A stretch of 39,094 bases of DNA from Octopus sinensis (GCF_006345805.1 NW_021835148.1:1-39094); one strand, 5' to 3'; positions 11,229 through 24,482 are shown, counted from the first letter of the stretch. The notes: a model not told the origin generated them from the letters alone. Numbers and translations are program-made.

Positions 11229-11324
11229 TTTGAGTACATGCTCCGGCAATAAGCTCTTCAAGGCGAAATTGCTATATACTCGTTCGATAATGATTCAATC
11301 CATGGACAAGTTTTGGGACGAACC
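11229..11324 (+). CDS. Phase-2 exon (96 nt): LSTCSGNKLFKAKLLYTRSIMIQSMDKFWDE
   Basis: Acceptor ttttttttctcctttttaag, donor CC|gtaggt; only phase 2 open. Confidence 0.75.
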
Positions 11325-11611
11325 GTAGGTGGAGTTTTAATTTAATTTTTTATTTACATGATGATTGTTTATGACATCACTACCTGACTGCATGTGAGTT
11401 TATGTATGCATGTTTTTGTGTCTGCAGTATGTATTCTTATCTATATAGGAATATATGCGCACATACACAAACATACACACATACACACATATTTTTTCTT
11501 ATATGCAATGCTTGTATATATGTTCTGTTGTTTTTGTCGCTTCTTAAACACTGCCTTTGAGGAAGGAGCAGATTTCTAACAAAAATGTAAATGCCTGTCT
11601 TTGGAATGAAT

Positions 11612-11735
11612 GAATTAATTACATCGACCCCAGTGTTTTACTGGCAACCGGCAGGTATGAAAGGCGTATTCAATGTCGACGGAATTTCAAGTCAGAGCGT
11701 AAAGGTGGACGAGATACTACAAAATCCAAGCAACT
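11612..11735 (-). mobile_element. SINE fragment
   Basis: atcgaccccagtg...atgaaaggc...gtcgac..ggaattt..agtcagagcgtaaag, same family as 27115-27510. Confidence 0.55.
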
Positions 11736-12519
11736 CCATTAATAGAATTTGAGTTGTCAAAGAATAAACACCTGCTATTTCGAATTGATTGGATCTGAAA
11801 CTATGTTTTATTCTGCGAAACAATTCCTTCCAAAGGGGTTACACAATAACATGGATAAAAAAATGCATTTATTCTGAACATTGTTATTTTTTTCTCTAAT
11901 ATTAATTCTCTCATCAAACATCAAATGGCTAGTCCATGTTGGTCAATCTTCACTTAGTGTTTCGCTTTAAAGATATGTAGTATCCAGGCATCCTAAACTA
12001 TCATCAACATTTTATATTGCTTCTAAATTTTGGAATTCTAGATCATTAGGACCTGTTGGACTAAGTCATTCATATATATTTGTTTTAATCTTTCTCACGT
12101 TATATTTGGTAACATGTATGACGTAAGAATAAATGTAAAATGCAACGTATCTGCTCTATGTCGACATATTCAATTCAATTTGGGCATTGTAGAACAACTT
12201 TCGCAAATGCTTTAAATATTTATAGCAGATCTAATTCAATTCTTGATATAGCCTTGTTATACAGAGTATCATTGCCGGTTTTTTTACCAACATTTTCACC
12301 TTCATATTATATTGTGTTTCCGCTCTCAAAAACAATTCATAGTCAACGTTAATCGTATAAAGTCTCCCGTTTTCTCTAGGGAATTTTAAGTTTCGGCCAT
12401 CGGATTAAACTGGATTTTTGCCTATTCAGTTGTATTTATTAGTCGATGGGGAGGGGGGGGACATGCAAAAGGAATGTTGTATAAGAGGATTAATATTAAT
12501 TTCCATAATGTTTCTACAG

Positions 12520-12654
12520 GTATATGAAGATTCTACTATTTTTTCCGATTTACGACTTCAAATACTCAGAGCATATTACAATTGGGAAAACATTCAAATG
12601 TTTTCACGAAGTCTTTAGTGATCCTTTTGACACGCAGAAGACAATTCGAATCAG
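12520..12654 (+). CDS. Phase-2 exon (135 nt): YMKILLFFPIYDFKYSEHITIGKTFKCFHEVFSDPFDTQKTIRI
   Basis: Acceptor tttccataatgtttctacag, donor AG|gttaga; only phase 2 open. Confidence 0.7.
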
Positions 12655-12752
12655 GTTAGATATTTCAATACATTTTCCTATATATTTGAAAAAAGACATT
12701 GATTACAGGGATTAAATAAAGAAGAAGGAACATTAACATGTCGAATAGATAG

Positions 12753-12773
12753 ACCGACTTCCCTACTGTCTGT
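12753..12773 (+). CDS. Tentative phase-2 micro-exon (21 nt): PTSLLS
   Basis: Donor GT|gtaagt is strong; acceptor (gaatagatag) is poor. Confidence 0.3.
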
Positions 12774-13369
12774 GTAAGTCCACTAGTTAGTAGATGTGGA
12801 CCATCCCACTTCTCGCCTAGGAACGTCCGCCACAAGAAAATCAAATATTGTAGTATATGATTCAACAATTTGCTGATACCTTTTGTAGATTTCAAAATGA
12901 TTTGTATATAATCGTACTTTTCGCTATAATTGTACATTTCGTAACCTTGATAAATTTTAGAAGAGCCGCACTGAATTAATGTTTTTACTCACAATAAATC
13001 CGAGACAAATGCGGAACTTGCTAGAATCTCCGAAGACATGCATATACCTACAACGTCAGCCATTATATGTGACCCATTTCAAGCTTCATACTTGAACAGT
13101 ATAACAATTGGAGGAGATTAAGTAGTGTTGCGCTCATGATCCGGCAAAGATGAAACCGAAGATATAATAATAGCAATAAACAGAGACTTAATGAAAGATG
13201 GCAATCAATAAGCAAAATTATCTAAATAAACCCATCCGACCTACACTTAACACTCGTAAACATATATTGATTATATTAACTAAGAATGTAACATGCAACA
13301 AACTGCAAATAGAATATCCCTGGGATTGAAAGAATCCCATGCGAGCATAAACAAAACATCTGTAAATAA

Positions 13370-13944
13370 GGGATCTTTTCTAAAAGAAGACCAGATTTTT
13401 CTAGTTAACTAAACAATTTGAAACTTCGTATACTGGTAGAATGTGTCAAAAGAAAACATAATTGTAAATCAAAATGAAAACGGAATTGTAATTTCTAAGT
13501 TTAACGTTGTTTAACAATTCGAATTTTAACCAATGGTATTCTTTGTTGCAACCTCATATCATTTACTGCATCTCAAAATATCGTTACTGTGACGTAAACA
13601 GCTATTTTGTGACGTACTTAACGTAAACATTTAAATAGCTAAAACGTAAACATCCGCTTATCGTGAACAGCTAAATTCGCTTGGCATCGTACTCAGCATT
13701 TTCAGTTTCCTAGAATTATATTTGAAACAAAATAAAAAGAAAAAGATTCATACGCATAAATATCCATCCTTAGACATCAGAAAGATTAGAAATGCAACAA
13801 AAATTTAAAATACCGGATCTTTGCATTTTGACCTACAGATTTAAAAAAATATTTTTTCTAACTAAACATTTTCAAACTTCGTGGAGTATATATAAAATTT
13901 GTGTTGATCCTAAATAGCTACACACACATGTATACAACCGTATG

Positions 13945-14001
<57 letters not shown>

Positions 14002-14975
14002 CTAGACACACATATTCTAATGCATATGCATATATATGTGTATATTTATAATGTGTGTGTATTATAGATGCATACGTTATATATATATAAAAGACGTTTA
14101 CATACAATATATATATATGTTATATACATCTACATGTATATGTATGTATGAATATATAAGTACCACAGAATTTGAATAAAACTGTTTTGATGCATACATA
14201 CACAAACACACACCTACATACATACATACATACATACACACATACTAAAATTACATCGTTGGACCAGTAATTTATTTATGTATATTCTGTTATACAATTT
14301 ATTTTTAAGCTGAATCCCTATCCTGCCATTAACCCCTTTCTTACAAAATAGTTGAAGAATCTGGGGTGTAGGAATTGGGCCAGTATTGGAAGTTTTAACT
14401 TCTTGCTCTCTATCTTATGATCTCCGAAATTTAAGAATCTTGTGTTAACTGGGCTCTTATTATTTACTCTGACTCTGCCACCACCCCAATGCAAAGACTA
14501 TCAATATCAGAATCATCTTCACAACCACCACTGAGACATCCTAACCTAATCGATGCCACTACTACTATCATCATCCACTGCCACCACCACCACCACCACC
14601 TCTTCAAAAACACCAACACTATAATTGCTGTCATCATACACATCCACTGTCACCACTACAGCACCACCACCACCACTACCATGATAACCACATCTACCAC
14701 AGCGGTTTGCTTACTTCTTACCCACGCTGTTTAAAATTTTCACAAAATAGCTGTTTACGTCGCAGTAACACTATGCAGATACAATTTCAGATCAAAACAG
14801 ACAATACGATTGGTTAAAATTCGCAGATTTAAACTACGTTTAAACTTATAAAATACATTTTTCTCAAAAAAACTAGTTGAAATTAATGTTTTCTTTTGAC
14901 ACATTATACCAGTATACGAAGTTTCAAATTATTTAGTTAACTAGAAAAATCTGGCCTTCTTTTAGAAAAGATCCC
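13370..14975. mobile_element. Non-autonomous DNA transposon with about 240 bp TIRs and 6 bp TSD
   Basis: Begins GGGATCTTTTCTAAAAGAAG, ends CTTCTTTTAGAAAAGATCCC; AAATAA at 13364-13369 and 14976-14981; interior is (TA)n, (CATA)n and (CAC)n. Confidence 0.7.
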
Positions 14976-14990
14976 AAATAAGTTCTAAAG

Positions 14991-15041
14991 GAGAGATACA
15001 CATATAGCCAAAGACAGGGAACATCTGCTCCTCCGAAGACG
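14991..15041 (+). CDS. Phase-2 exon (51 nt): RDTHIAKDREHLLLRR
   Basis: Donor CG|gtaata; acceptor gttctaaag directly after the transposon TSD; phase 0 is also open. Confidence 0.5.
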
Positions 15042-15099
15042 GTAATAAAATATTTCTCTCTCCTCCTCTCTTAATATGTATGTCCATTTTGTTATCAAA

Positions 15100-16480
15100 G
15101 TTTGTCAGTACCCGTGACCCGAGGTCGATTTGGAAGCTCAATGCCCCAGAGAGCTATTTGTTTGCACTTACAAGCCCTCCTGCCAGTATGCAGTAGATAC
15201 AAGATCTACATATCATCATGTGTGCAGGGATTGGGAAGAGGCGCTGAATGTTGGAAAGTATAGATCTCATGGAACAGATCAATTTCTTGCCCATAAGAGG
15301 TAGGCTGGTATTTCTGGATTTGAGCAGTAACGGAGAGGGTTCCAGCAATCTAGTACCAGTTTATGCTTTGACGTGAGTGTGGAAGCCGGCTTTCTTCAGA
15401 CATCTGAAAATACCCTGGGACGATGCCATCTTTTAGGCACGTTTGGGTATAGATAGCTGATAATGAAGGAATTGCAAAAGCAGCATAGATTCGGTCAACC
15501 TCTTCAGGTCTCTGACAAGTACCGACTTGAATTCTTGAATGTCCCGACGTCGATGGGGACAACTTCATCGGGCTACGTAAGTAGTTTGCAAATAAAAAAA
15601 TTTGCAGACAAGTAGATAAGGATATCATAGGTAGATTCTTCCACTTTTACCGTCACCTGCTACACATAGCACAAATTGCAATCTGTTTTGTTGATCTCAA
15701 TAGTCCCCATTGGCTAATTTTGAACGGGTAGAATTGCCTATTTGTCTTAATTCTGCGGAAATTTCACCTTTCACTACTCGGAATCTATATTTATTGTCAA
15801 CATACGCTAAATAGAAGACCGGGTATGCCTTCGCTATTTGTTACACTCACTTTTCCCTAGCTTTTCCTCTTTATTTGCAATTTTGGATCAAGCCTAGACT
15901 GCTGTTTGGGGCCCGTTACTAAATGCATACAGTCGTCTAACAGTCGGGCAATACGGACAGTATAAGTTCCATTTTGGATGTTTTATAGATGTTTAGTGGC
16001 GGGCAAGGCCGACAATGTTTTGGAGGAGACCCAGGGCGCCGACGAGAATTAGCTAGCTAGTCCCTTCTGGTGGAATTTCAGCTTAACGTCGATGTATAAT
16101 TTCCAGAAATCAATGTCCTGGTAGACGTACCGACCGTCAAACGGATTTGCCAGATATGTAAGCAGAAAGACGAATTTGTTTTGTACTCGTGATGCCTTAT
16201 AGATTTATGTCGAACACCTGTCCCGTGTAGAACGGATCCGGTTATCGGTTGCGTCCTTCGGCAAGATTGTTTAGCAGCCTTCCTTTGGCTCGAAAAGACA
16301 GGATGTGATTATCGGTATAATGGCGAAAACGGGGTCTAATGTACCAAATTAATACTCCTGACGAGGGACAGATTTTGGCAAGATCTCATGAATGTATCAA
16401 ATTACCATTTCAAATGGAAAATTGAGCATGGAACATTAAGAGGTGACATCTACAAATTTGTTGAAACGTGTGTTTATGTT
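15100..16480 (-). mobile_element. Heavily decayed CR1/L2-type LINE reverse transcriptase
   Basis: Minus-strand remnants RFRVVKGEIS, a damaged YxDD region near 15625-15645, GIFRCLKKAGF..VKA, WNP and SL...DL...Y in the expected order; many stops and frameshifts. Confidence 0.5.
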
Positions 16481-16580
16481 GAAAATATAGTCCGAAGGTT
16501 TGGGCCTGTTACGAGGATTGTAACATAAGTATGAAGTAAGGACACTTGCCCGAGTAGCCGGTGTCACCGCGGTTTTCTAG

Positions 16581-16601
16581 GCTTGTTTCGGATAGCCATG
16601 A
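16581..16601 (+). CDS. Phase-2 micro-exon (21 nt): LVSDSH
   Basis: Acceptor gcggttttctag, donor GA|gtatgt. Confidence 0.55.
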
Positions 16602-16734
16602 GTATGTCTCGTTTTGGTTTGGCAAATTATTCATTGTTCATATATACGGTTGTTGCTTCTCTGCTTTTATATGCTCTTTTATATAAACCACATGTATCGC
16701 CTTTTGTGAACTATTACTCGTTCACAAAACGTAA

Positions 16735-16890
16735 TTTTAGGTTAGTGGTATTCCGTCCGGCTCTACTACCTCAGTTTACATTCTACGGTGGTCGACTTTC
16801 CATTCATCCTTTCGAATTTAATAAAATAAGTACCAGTATAGTATTAGGGTCAATGAAATTGACTAGACACCTCTCCCAAAATTTCAGGCA
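16735..16890 (+). mobile_element. SINE fragment
   Basis: gtcgactttccattcatcctttcg...ataagtaccagt; reverse complement of the 27115-27510 family. Confidence 0.55.
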
Positions 16891-16970
16891 GAAAGGATTA
16901 GAATATCATTGACACTGCTATGTTATTATTCTTAATCTCTCTCGCATTAGAATTATTGCCATTACTGTAG

Positions 16971-16982
16971 GCTTTTCTTACT
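16971..16982 (+). CDS. Phase-2 micro-exon (12 nt): LFL
   Basis: Donor CT|gtaagt; acceptor attactgtag. A stronger acceptor at 16950 would give a 32 nt frame-shifting exon. Confidence 0.45.
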
Positions 16983-17029
16983 GTAAGTATAGTGTCATAT
17001 TATTTACGATAAATTTGTTACATACGTCG

Positions 17030-17225
17030 ATGAGCAGGCTGAATCGTTACTGCGAAGGACAAATTGCTTAACGACATTTCGTTCGTCTTAACATTCCGGG
17101 TTAAAATTCCCCAGAGATGGAATTTGACTTTTTATTCTCTCTTTGTCGATTAAACAACTACCAGAGGAGTAGAGGCCGATGTAAATGACTAGTCCCTCCC
17201 CCAACCTTAGAGGCGATGTGACTTT
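17030..17225 (+). mobile_element. SINE
   Basis: gaatcgtta...aaattgctta.cgacatttcgt...aaattccccagagatgga.tttgactttt, same family. Confidence 0.55.
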
Positions 17226-17292
17226 AAGAAAAATTATTATTATGTGATATACAACTATATTTGATACTGGAATTTCATTGTTTTTCTTACAG

Positions 17293-17307
17293 CGATAACA
17301 GCTTAAT
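17293..17307 (+). CDS. Phase-2 micro-exon (15 nt): DNSL
   Basis: Acceptor cattgtttttcttacag, donor AT|gtgagt; both other frames contain stops. Confidence 0.7.
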
Positions 17308-17334
17308 GTGAGTATTTCTTTTTTATATATAATA

Positions 17335-17650
17335 CTAGCAGTATAGCCAGGCGTTGCTCGGGTTTGTTTCTTAGTTGCACTTAAAACGGCAGACTTTGAT
17401 GTCGCGTTAACCAAGGTTTGGCATAGTTTCAATCTTTTTGAAATGTAAAAATTTTGCACTAGGTAACTTGTTATTCTCTTTAAATTAACATTTTTCTGGT
17501 TGAAATATATCGATAAAGGGCGAAACAGCAGTCAAGAATTTTTACAAAATAGGGATTTTCATAGAAAAAAAAGCACCTTTTTGATGTAAGTTATTTTTTG
17601 TCTTAACATGTTCCGATATGAATTTTTTTTTTCCTTCTACGGAAATGAGT
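17335..17650 (-). mobile_element. Helitron-like non-autonomous element, 3' end at 17335
   Basis: Minus strand ends with GC-rich hairpin CCCGAGCAACGCCTGG, then about 9 nt, then CTAG|T; 5' boundary approximate. Confidence 0.55.
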
Positions 17651-17865
17651 TCAGCAAAATATAATTTGGTTCTGTACGAACACCAGGACACTGAAGTGTC
17701 GAATATAATCATTTCGGATAATTGTTCTACATCTCTACGCTCGAAAGTTACATTCTACAACGCCATTTTACCCGAGAACAATAAAACTATGAGTTTAATA
17801 CCTGTAAACATATTTCTTTTTCTCTTTGTTTCTCTCTTCTGCATACCATTTGTTTCTGTTTCATA

Positions 17866-18016
17866 TGTTCAGAAATGTACATTATTCATATCATTTACAT
17901 TTGGCGAATAATTGTCCTCATATTGATTGTTGTTAACACAACGTTTCGGCTGGTATACACTCCAGCGTTTATGAGGTGTCTTGGGGAAAAACCTTACATT
18001 CCTAAGGTATTTTTAC
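17866..18016 (-). repeat. About 150 bp hammerhead-bearing repeat (left copy; core mutated)
   Basis: Inverted homologue of 25307-25460; GACAC-CUCAUAA-AC-GCUGG-loop-CCAGC-C-GAAA-CG-UU-GUGUU at 17935-17980. Confidence 0.6.
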
Positions 18017-18058
18017 GATGTTGTTGCTATTATTATTATGATGATTATTATTATTATT

Positions 18059-21000
18059 CTATGTTTGTCTTTTGCTTTATGTCTGTACAAGTTGGCTCCA
18101 TGTCTCACCCAGAGAACTCAAGAGACAACAGGCTGGAAGTTCTGTGCCATATATTTGGGGGTTTTTTTGGTGTTGTACAAGTGAATGTCTAATACATAAA
18201 AATAAAATTTTTTTAAAAATTAAAAGATAAATAAATAAATAAATAAAAGTTTGTTTTTAACCTTGGGATTACATAGAGAGTATTTTGCGTAGGATATGAG
18301 CAGTTCCCATGAACACTATCTTTTGAATTTCTGCCATTTTGGGGTTTCCTGGTATCTGAGTTAGGTAGCAATCAGTCCCTTTCCCTATCATTCCCAGGGC
18401 ACCTATGACAACAGGTATTGTTTTAGTCTTCAGTTTCCACATTTTGCTGATTTCTATTTTAAGATCTTTATATTTGCTCAGATTTTGGTAGGTCTTGACA
18501 GATACGTTTATATCGATTGGGGCAGTCATATCAATGAGGAGGCATGTTCTTTGTCTGAAGTCTATCAATATGATGTCTGGCCTATTTGCATCTGTCTTCC
18601 TGTCAGTTTGAATGGTGAAGTTCCAGAGGATTGAGATGTGGTCATTTTCAAGCACTGGAGGTGGATTGTGTTCGCACCAGTTTTTTCATGGGGCAAATCC
18701 AGGTTTTTGCAAATTACCCAGTGAATATATTGTGCAGCTCTATCATGCCTACTGACGTACTCTGTAGGCGCTAGAAGACTGCATTTGGAGACAACATGAT
18801 CAATGGCTTCATTTTGTTGTCGGCATACACGACATGTTGGGCTACTGCCGTTTTTAAATTGTTGGCCTGGTAGTTTCTTTTGGTAGGCATTGATCTTGAG
18901 CTGCTATGATAAACCCTTCTGTTTCAGATTTTAAGCTAGAGGCCATTAGCCATTGATGGGTCAGGGCTTTGTCAATATCTGCATTATTCGCTCTCTTTGG
19001 GTATTTGCCAGAGAGAGGTTTTTCTTGCCATTTATTATTCAGAATATCTAAGGCCACAGTCTTGGCACGGGTTTTCATGCGCCTAGCTTTTTCTGTGCTT
19101 GTTTCTTCTATGTCTATCTCTAATTCCGAAATTGGTTGTATTCGGATTCACTTAGATATCCCTTTGCCTGTTTTGTGCCTGAGTATGATGCTTTCTTGTT
19201 TTCATGTTTTGAGACAAGTTTTAACATCCAGTCCTCAGAGTTTTTCAGGTAGGTGTCTAGGCTAATTGTAGCAATCTTCATTGATATTGCCAGTTGTAAA
19301 AGACCACGGCCTCCCTCTTTTCTTGGCAGATAGAGTCGTTTTGTATCTGCCTTAGGGTGGTGCATTCTATGCATTGTCAACAGTTTCCTTATTTTTCTGT
19401 TGAGCTGACATATTTCAGTAATTGACCAGTTAACAATAATGAAACTGTAAGTCACGACTGGTATGGCTAATGCATTGATCGCTTCGATCCTGTTTCTTGC
19501 ATTCAGATCTGTCTTGAGTATTGCTCTCACTCTTCGATAGCATTCTCTCCTGATCCTTTCCTTCATCTCTGAATGCCTTATTCCGTTCCCTTCAATTACC
19601 TCTAGGTACTTGTAGCTCTCCGCTGGGTCTAGTTCTTTTATGACATTCTGCTGGTCAAGGTTAACGTTAGATGTTTCTGTCATTTTTCCTTTGATAAAGG
19701 TAGCTTTTGCACATTTATCGAGGCCGAATTGCATTCTGATGTCGTCACTGTATTGTTTGACTATCGCTAGTAAGCCCTTGAGTTGTTGGTCATTTTTTGC
19801 AAAAAGCTTTAAATCATCCATGTAAATGAGATGATTTATATTTTTATCAAACATTTTATACCCGTACTGCGCGTCATTGAGCAGCTTTGAGAGAGGTATT
19901 AAGGCTAAACAAAAGAGGAGTGGTGACAGTGAGTCACCCTGGAAAATGCCACACGAAATTTGTACATCACCAGCATTTAGGGATTAATTGTCACTGTTCA
20001 GAGTTAGTGTGGTTCTCCATGATCTCATACTTACAGTCAAGAAGTTTCGCAGTGTAGGCGCTATCTTATACATTTCCAGGCATTTCCTAATCCAGCTATG
20101 TGGTAGGCTATCAAAAGCCTTTTTATAGTCTATCCAGGCTATTGATAAGATTTGTGTCGTTTGTGACAATCTTCTAAGATCATCTTATTGATGAGTAGTT
20201 GATCTTTACAGTAGGATCCACGTTTACATCCTTTCTGTTCATTAGGGAATATGCTGCTGTCTGTTAAAAAACTATAGCTATATTCCGCCAGGACAGATGT
20301 TAGCGTTTTGTACATAGTTGTTAAGCAGGTTATGGATCTATATTTTTTGGTTCATTTGTTTCTTCACTTTTTGGAAGCAGGAATGTTAACCCATTAACTA
20401 GCCAACGAGGCTTCCTACTAGGGTGTTGCAAAACATCATTGTACAGTTCTGTTAGCAGTTCATGACTCTCTGGGAAGGCATTCAGCCAGAAGTTAGGAAT
20501 TTTATCCTTTCCTGGAGACTTCCATTTGCTTGACCTCCTGAGAGCAGATCTTATATCTTCTACCTTGACACCCTCCCACTTCTGATCTTCTAAGGGGTCC
20601 AGTTCTGTAGATATTCTGTCAATCCAGGGGGCCTTTTCGTTGTGTGCTTTTTCTTCTGCCCAGATTCTATTCCAAAATCCCTGCTTTTCTTCTTTTGATG
20701 GTACAGACATTGCAGTAAACGCTGTTTTTCCTATCTTCCTGTAAAAATTATTGGGGTTATTTTTGAACATGTTGTTGTCCTTGAAAAATCTAACATGCTT
20801 TTCATACCTTGCTATGCGGGCAGCTTTGGCAGATACCTTTTGTTTGATGGTTTCTATGATGGCATCAATATCAAGTATATATTTCATATTGTATTTTTTC
20901 AGTAATTTTCAGTCTTGTGAGCCTTAAAGTTTTTCAAATACTCAATGTCAGATCTAAATATTTTAATTTGTTGTTGCAGACGCTCTTGCCAAGAAGGCTT

Positions 21001-22052
21001 TTTGTGGGAGTGTTGCCGTTTTCTAATCTTTACACCACATAGGATCGTTGAGATATGCAGATGCATAGTATAGGTGGTTGAGGTTTGTGATATCAACATC
21101 ATTAGCTGAAATTATATCCTTAAGTGCAAGCCGGATTTTACCAATTATTTTCATGGTTTGGTTAGAGTTGCGGATTTTAGGGAGTGTATCACGTTCATCC
21201 ATGCTGGTTTCTTTAATTTTCAGCCATTCAATCATGATTTGATTTTTTAGCTCATGTAGTTCTGTTGGGTCAATATTTGTGTGACTTTCTTTATCTATTT
21301 GATGCTCATCTGTCTTAGTTGTTTATGATTGGTTCAGGGAGTATTTCACTTTGCCTATCACTTATACTAACTCTTTCAATCCTCACTTCGTTTTTATCAG
21401 TCCTGGGCAGGTCTACAATTATTTCCTCTGTATTATCTTCTCTAGCTGCAGCTTCGTTCATTTTATCCGATATTACTTGTCTAACTTGATCAATCTCTAC
21501 TTCAGTCAGTAATTTTTTTTTATAATGTTTCTTCTGACGTTCGCAAGTTTGTTACTATGTAGGGTCTTACTTCAGGGTGTTTCTGTCTCCAGTTTAAGTA
21601 TGCTTGTACAGTGTTAGATTTATCTGTGGGGAAATATATGGCATGGTAGAAGGCCTCAAGAACTTCTTTATTATCTTCCCTAGACCATTTTTCCTTCTTT
21701 TTCTTTTGATTATTTGGTGATGAGCATGGATGGCCATCTGTTGGAATATTCCGGTTGTGGGGTACGTCCAGCCCCTGTGTGTTGGGAAGATTTGATCCAG
21801 TAGCTGGTTTTTCAATCAGAATTTGGTTCAATTTTCGGGTACGTGGTCTTTTGTAATCCGCGCAATGACCAATGCGGTTTATTGTTTGATTTGTTGACCT
21901 TGAAGCATGACGAGCTTCCATTCTTATATTAGGAGATGGATCTGTCAGTTTAGGGTTCTCTACATGTAAGCGTTACTCATAGCGCAGCTTCTTAAGGCTA
22001 GCAGATCTATATTCGTTTGTATTTTTTGTTGATAGTTTTATCTCCGAACATT
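18059..22052 (-). mobile_element. Near full-length R4/Dong-clade non-LTR retrotransposon, ORF (21921 to 18269) disrupted
   Basis: N-terminal KWSREDNKEVLEAFY region; RT motifs IAWIDYKKAFDSLPH, FQGDSLSP, YMDD; CCHC knuckle and HD; RLE endonuclease RPDIILID; 3' UTR followed by (TAA)n. Confidence 0.93.
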
Positions 22053-22082
22053 AAAAAAAAAATTATTATTATTATTATTATT

Positions 22083-24302
22083 CAGTAGTTTTATTTTTAT
22101 AGTGTGCTTTCACTTCACTACCAAGCGCAGCTATGTGTGCCTTAGGTATGTGCTGTGATTTGTTGTATACAGTACCTAGTAGTGCAATTTTCTGTATTTT
22201 ATATGTGTTTGTAAGTCCTGGTGTTTTTGTTATGTATTTGTCTGAATATTTTTTTATCATGCCTAATGCACCTACTATGATAGGAATTGTTTCTGTTTTT
22301 AGATTCCACATTCTGGTTACCTCTATTTCCAGGTCTTTGTATTTTGAGAGTTTCTCCATTTCATTTAGAGATACGTTGTCAGCTGCCGGTATTGATACAT
22401 CAATTAGAAAGGATTTTTTTCTTCATGATCTCTGACAACTATATCTGGTCTGTTGGCCTTAATTTCTCTATCTGTGTGTATCGGCATATCCCAGAGTATG
22501 GTTGCTTTCTCGTTTTTTGTGACCTTTTCTGGTGTGTGCGTATACCATCTTTTTTCTGTTGTTATTCCATAATGTTGGCATAGCTTCCAATGTATGTAGG
22601 TTCCAACTCTGTCATGTCTCTGAATATATTCCTTCTTAGCCAGGACTGGGCAGCTAGAGATAATAAGATTTATTGTTTCTTGTCCAACTCCACATAGTCT
22701 GCAGTTACTTGTTATATTTCTTTTCATTACATGTTTTTAGTAATTTCTGGTGGGGAGGCTTTTGTCTTGTGCTGCAATTAAAAATCCCTCTGTGTCTGCT
22801 TTGAGTCCTGAGCTTCTCAACCATTGCTGGGATTTTTCTTTGTCTATTTCTTTTGCATTTAGTTTAGTCCAGTATTTGCCATGAAGGGGCTTTTCTTGCC
22901 ATCGTTTTATCATGGTTCGCTGCTGTTCTACTTTTAGTTTGGATTTCATTTGTTTTATAGCTTTTGTTGTTTCTTCATCTTCTTCTTCTTGTTCATATTT
23001 ATTAGGTGGTATGATTTCTTGTTTGTATTCGTCAGCTTCCTTAAATACTGAGAACAATTTTTTGTTTTGTTCGAGTTTTGCCGCTATTTGTAACAGTTTT
23101 CCTTCCTTCTGAAGTAGATATTTTGCAGTCCTATGGTGGTTATTTTATAGTGGTTTTCCAGCTGTATGAGGCTTCTACCACCTTCTATACGCTGTATATA
23201 TAGTCTTTCTACGTGAGATTTTGTGTGATGCATCCTAGATCCTCTCATTATTTTTCTTGTTTTCCTATCTATTTTTGTCAGTTCATTTAGTGTTCAGTTA
23301 AGGATATTGTAGCTGTAACTTATAACTGGGACAGCTAGAGTGTTAAAACCTATTATCTAGTTTTTAGCATTGAGCTCTGTTTTCAGTATTGATCTAACTC
23401 GTCTATAATATTCTTTTTTTTATCTTCTCTTTCATTTGTGTGTGTTATGTCCTATCTAGTTCATGGATTCCTATGTATTTGTAAGTTTGGCTTTGATCTA
23501 ATTCTTTTATCTCATTGGTTTTATCTAGTGTGATGTTGCTACTCTTAACTAGTTTTCCTCTTTTCATGGATAATTTGGCGCATTTTTCTAATCCCTATTT
23601 CATATCTATTCCTATTTCAAATCTATTTCTTTATGAAGTGTCTTTAATAGTGTTTCCAGCTGTTTGTCATTTGCAGCGTATAATTTTAGGTCATCCATAT
23701 ATAAAAGGTGGCTGATTGTTTTGCCATGACATTTATATCCGCATCCAGTTCTATTTAGCATATCAGTTAGAGGTGACAGTGCCAAGCAGAAAAGGAGTGG
23801 AGAGAGCGTGTCTCCCTGGAATATTGCTCTTCTGATGGGGATCGCTTTGGTTTTCATGTGTCCCTCTTTTGTTTGGAGGTGTAGGACTGTTTGCCATTTA
23901 TTCATAGAGTGCCCTATGAATTTTATAAGGGTTGGTGCTACTTTGTTAATGGCTAGTGTTTCGAGGATCCATGTGTGGGGGATGTTATCAAATGCCTTTT
24001 TGTAGTCGATCTAGGCAATACTGAGGTCTTTCTTCTTTCTGTGGCTGTCTTCAGTTACGGCTTTATTAATGATTAGTTGATCTTTACAGCCATATGAGTC
24101 TTTGCGGCATCCTTTCTGCTCTTCTGGAAAGAGGTTGTTTTCGTCCAGGTGCTTGTTCAACCTTTGCGATATCACTGCAGTAAATGCCTTGTACATAGTA
24201 GGGAGACAGGTTATTGGTCTGTAGTCTTCTGGTTTTGCTGTCTCATTTGATTTGGGAATTAAGATGGTCTTCCCCTTCGTGAGCCATTCAGGCATTGTCT
24301 CT
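22083..24302 (-). mobile_element. 5'-truncated R4/Dong-clade LINE (second subfamily)
   Basis: YRPITCLPT, FQGDTLSP, HLLYMDDLKLY, CRLC...SSC...RHD, RPDIVVRD; 3' end joins (TAA)n at 22062-22082. Confidence 0.93.
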
Positions 24303-24303
24303 A

Positions 24304-24413
24304 TATAATAATAATAATAACAATAATGATAATAATGATGATAATAATAATAATATTAATAATCATTATTATTATTATTATTATTATTAATTTTGTTGTT
24401 GTTGTTGTTATTA

Positions 24414-24480
<67 letters not shown>
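24304..24480. repeat. (TAA)n followed by (TTA)n: quasi-palindromic microsatellite
   Basis: Direct reading; orientation switches near 24363. Confidence 0.95.

Positions 24481-24482
<2 letters not shown>

Noticed and set aside
14489-14734. His/Thr-rich ORF
   Set aside because: (CAC)n microsatellite inside the TIR element.
17565-17585. 21 nt symmetric phase-2 exon candidate (KKSTFL) with gtaagt donor
   Set aside because: Lies inside the Helitron-like repeat; shows that chance candidates occur.
21925-22052. Possible HDV-like ribozyme in the 5' UTR of the R4/Dong element
   Set aside because: Could not assign the nested double-pseudoknot pairings by eye; a descriptor search would be needed.
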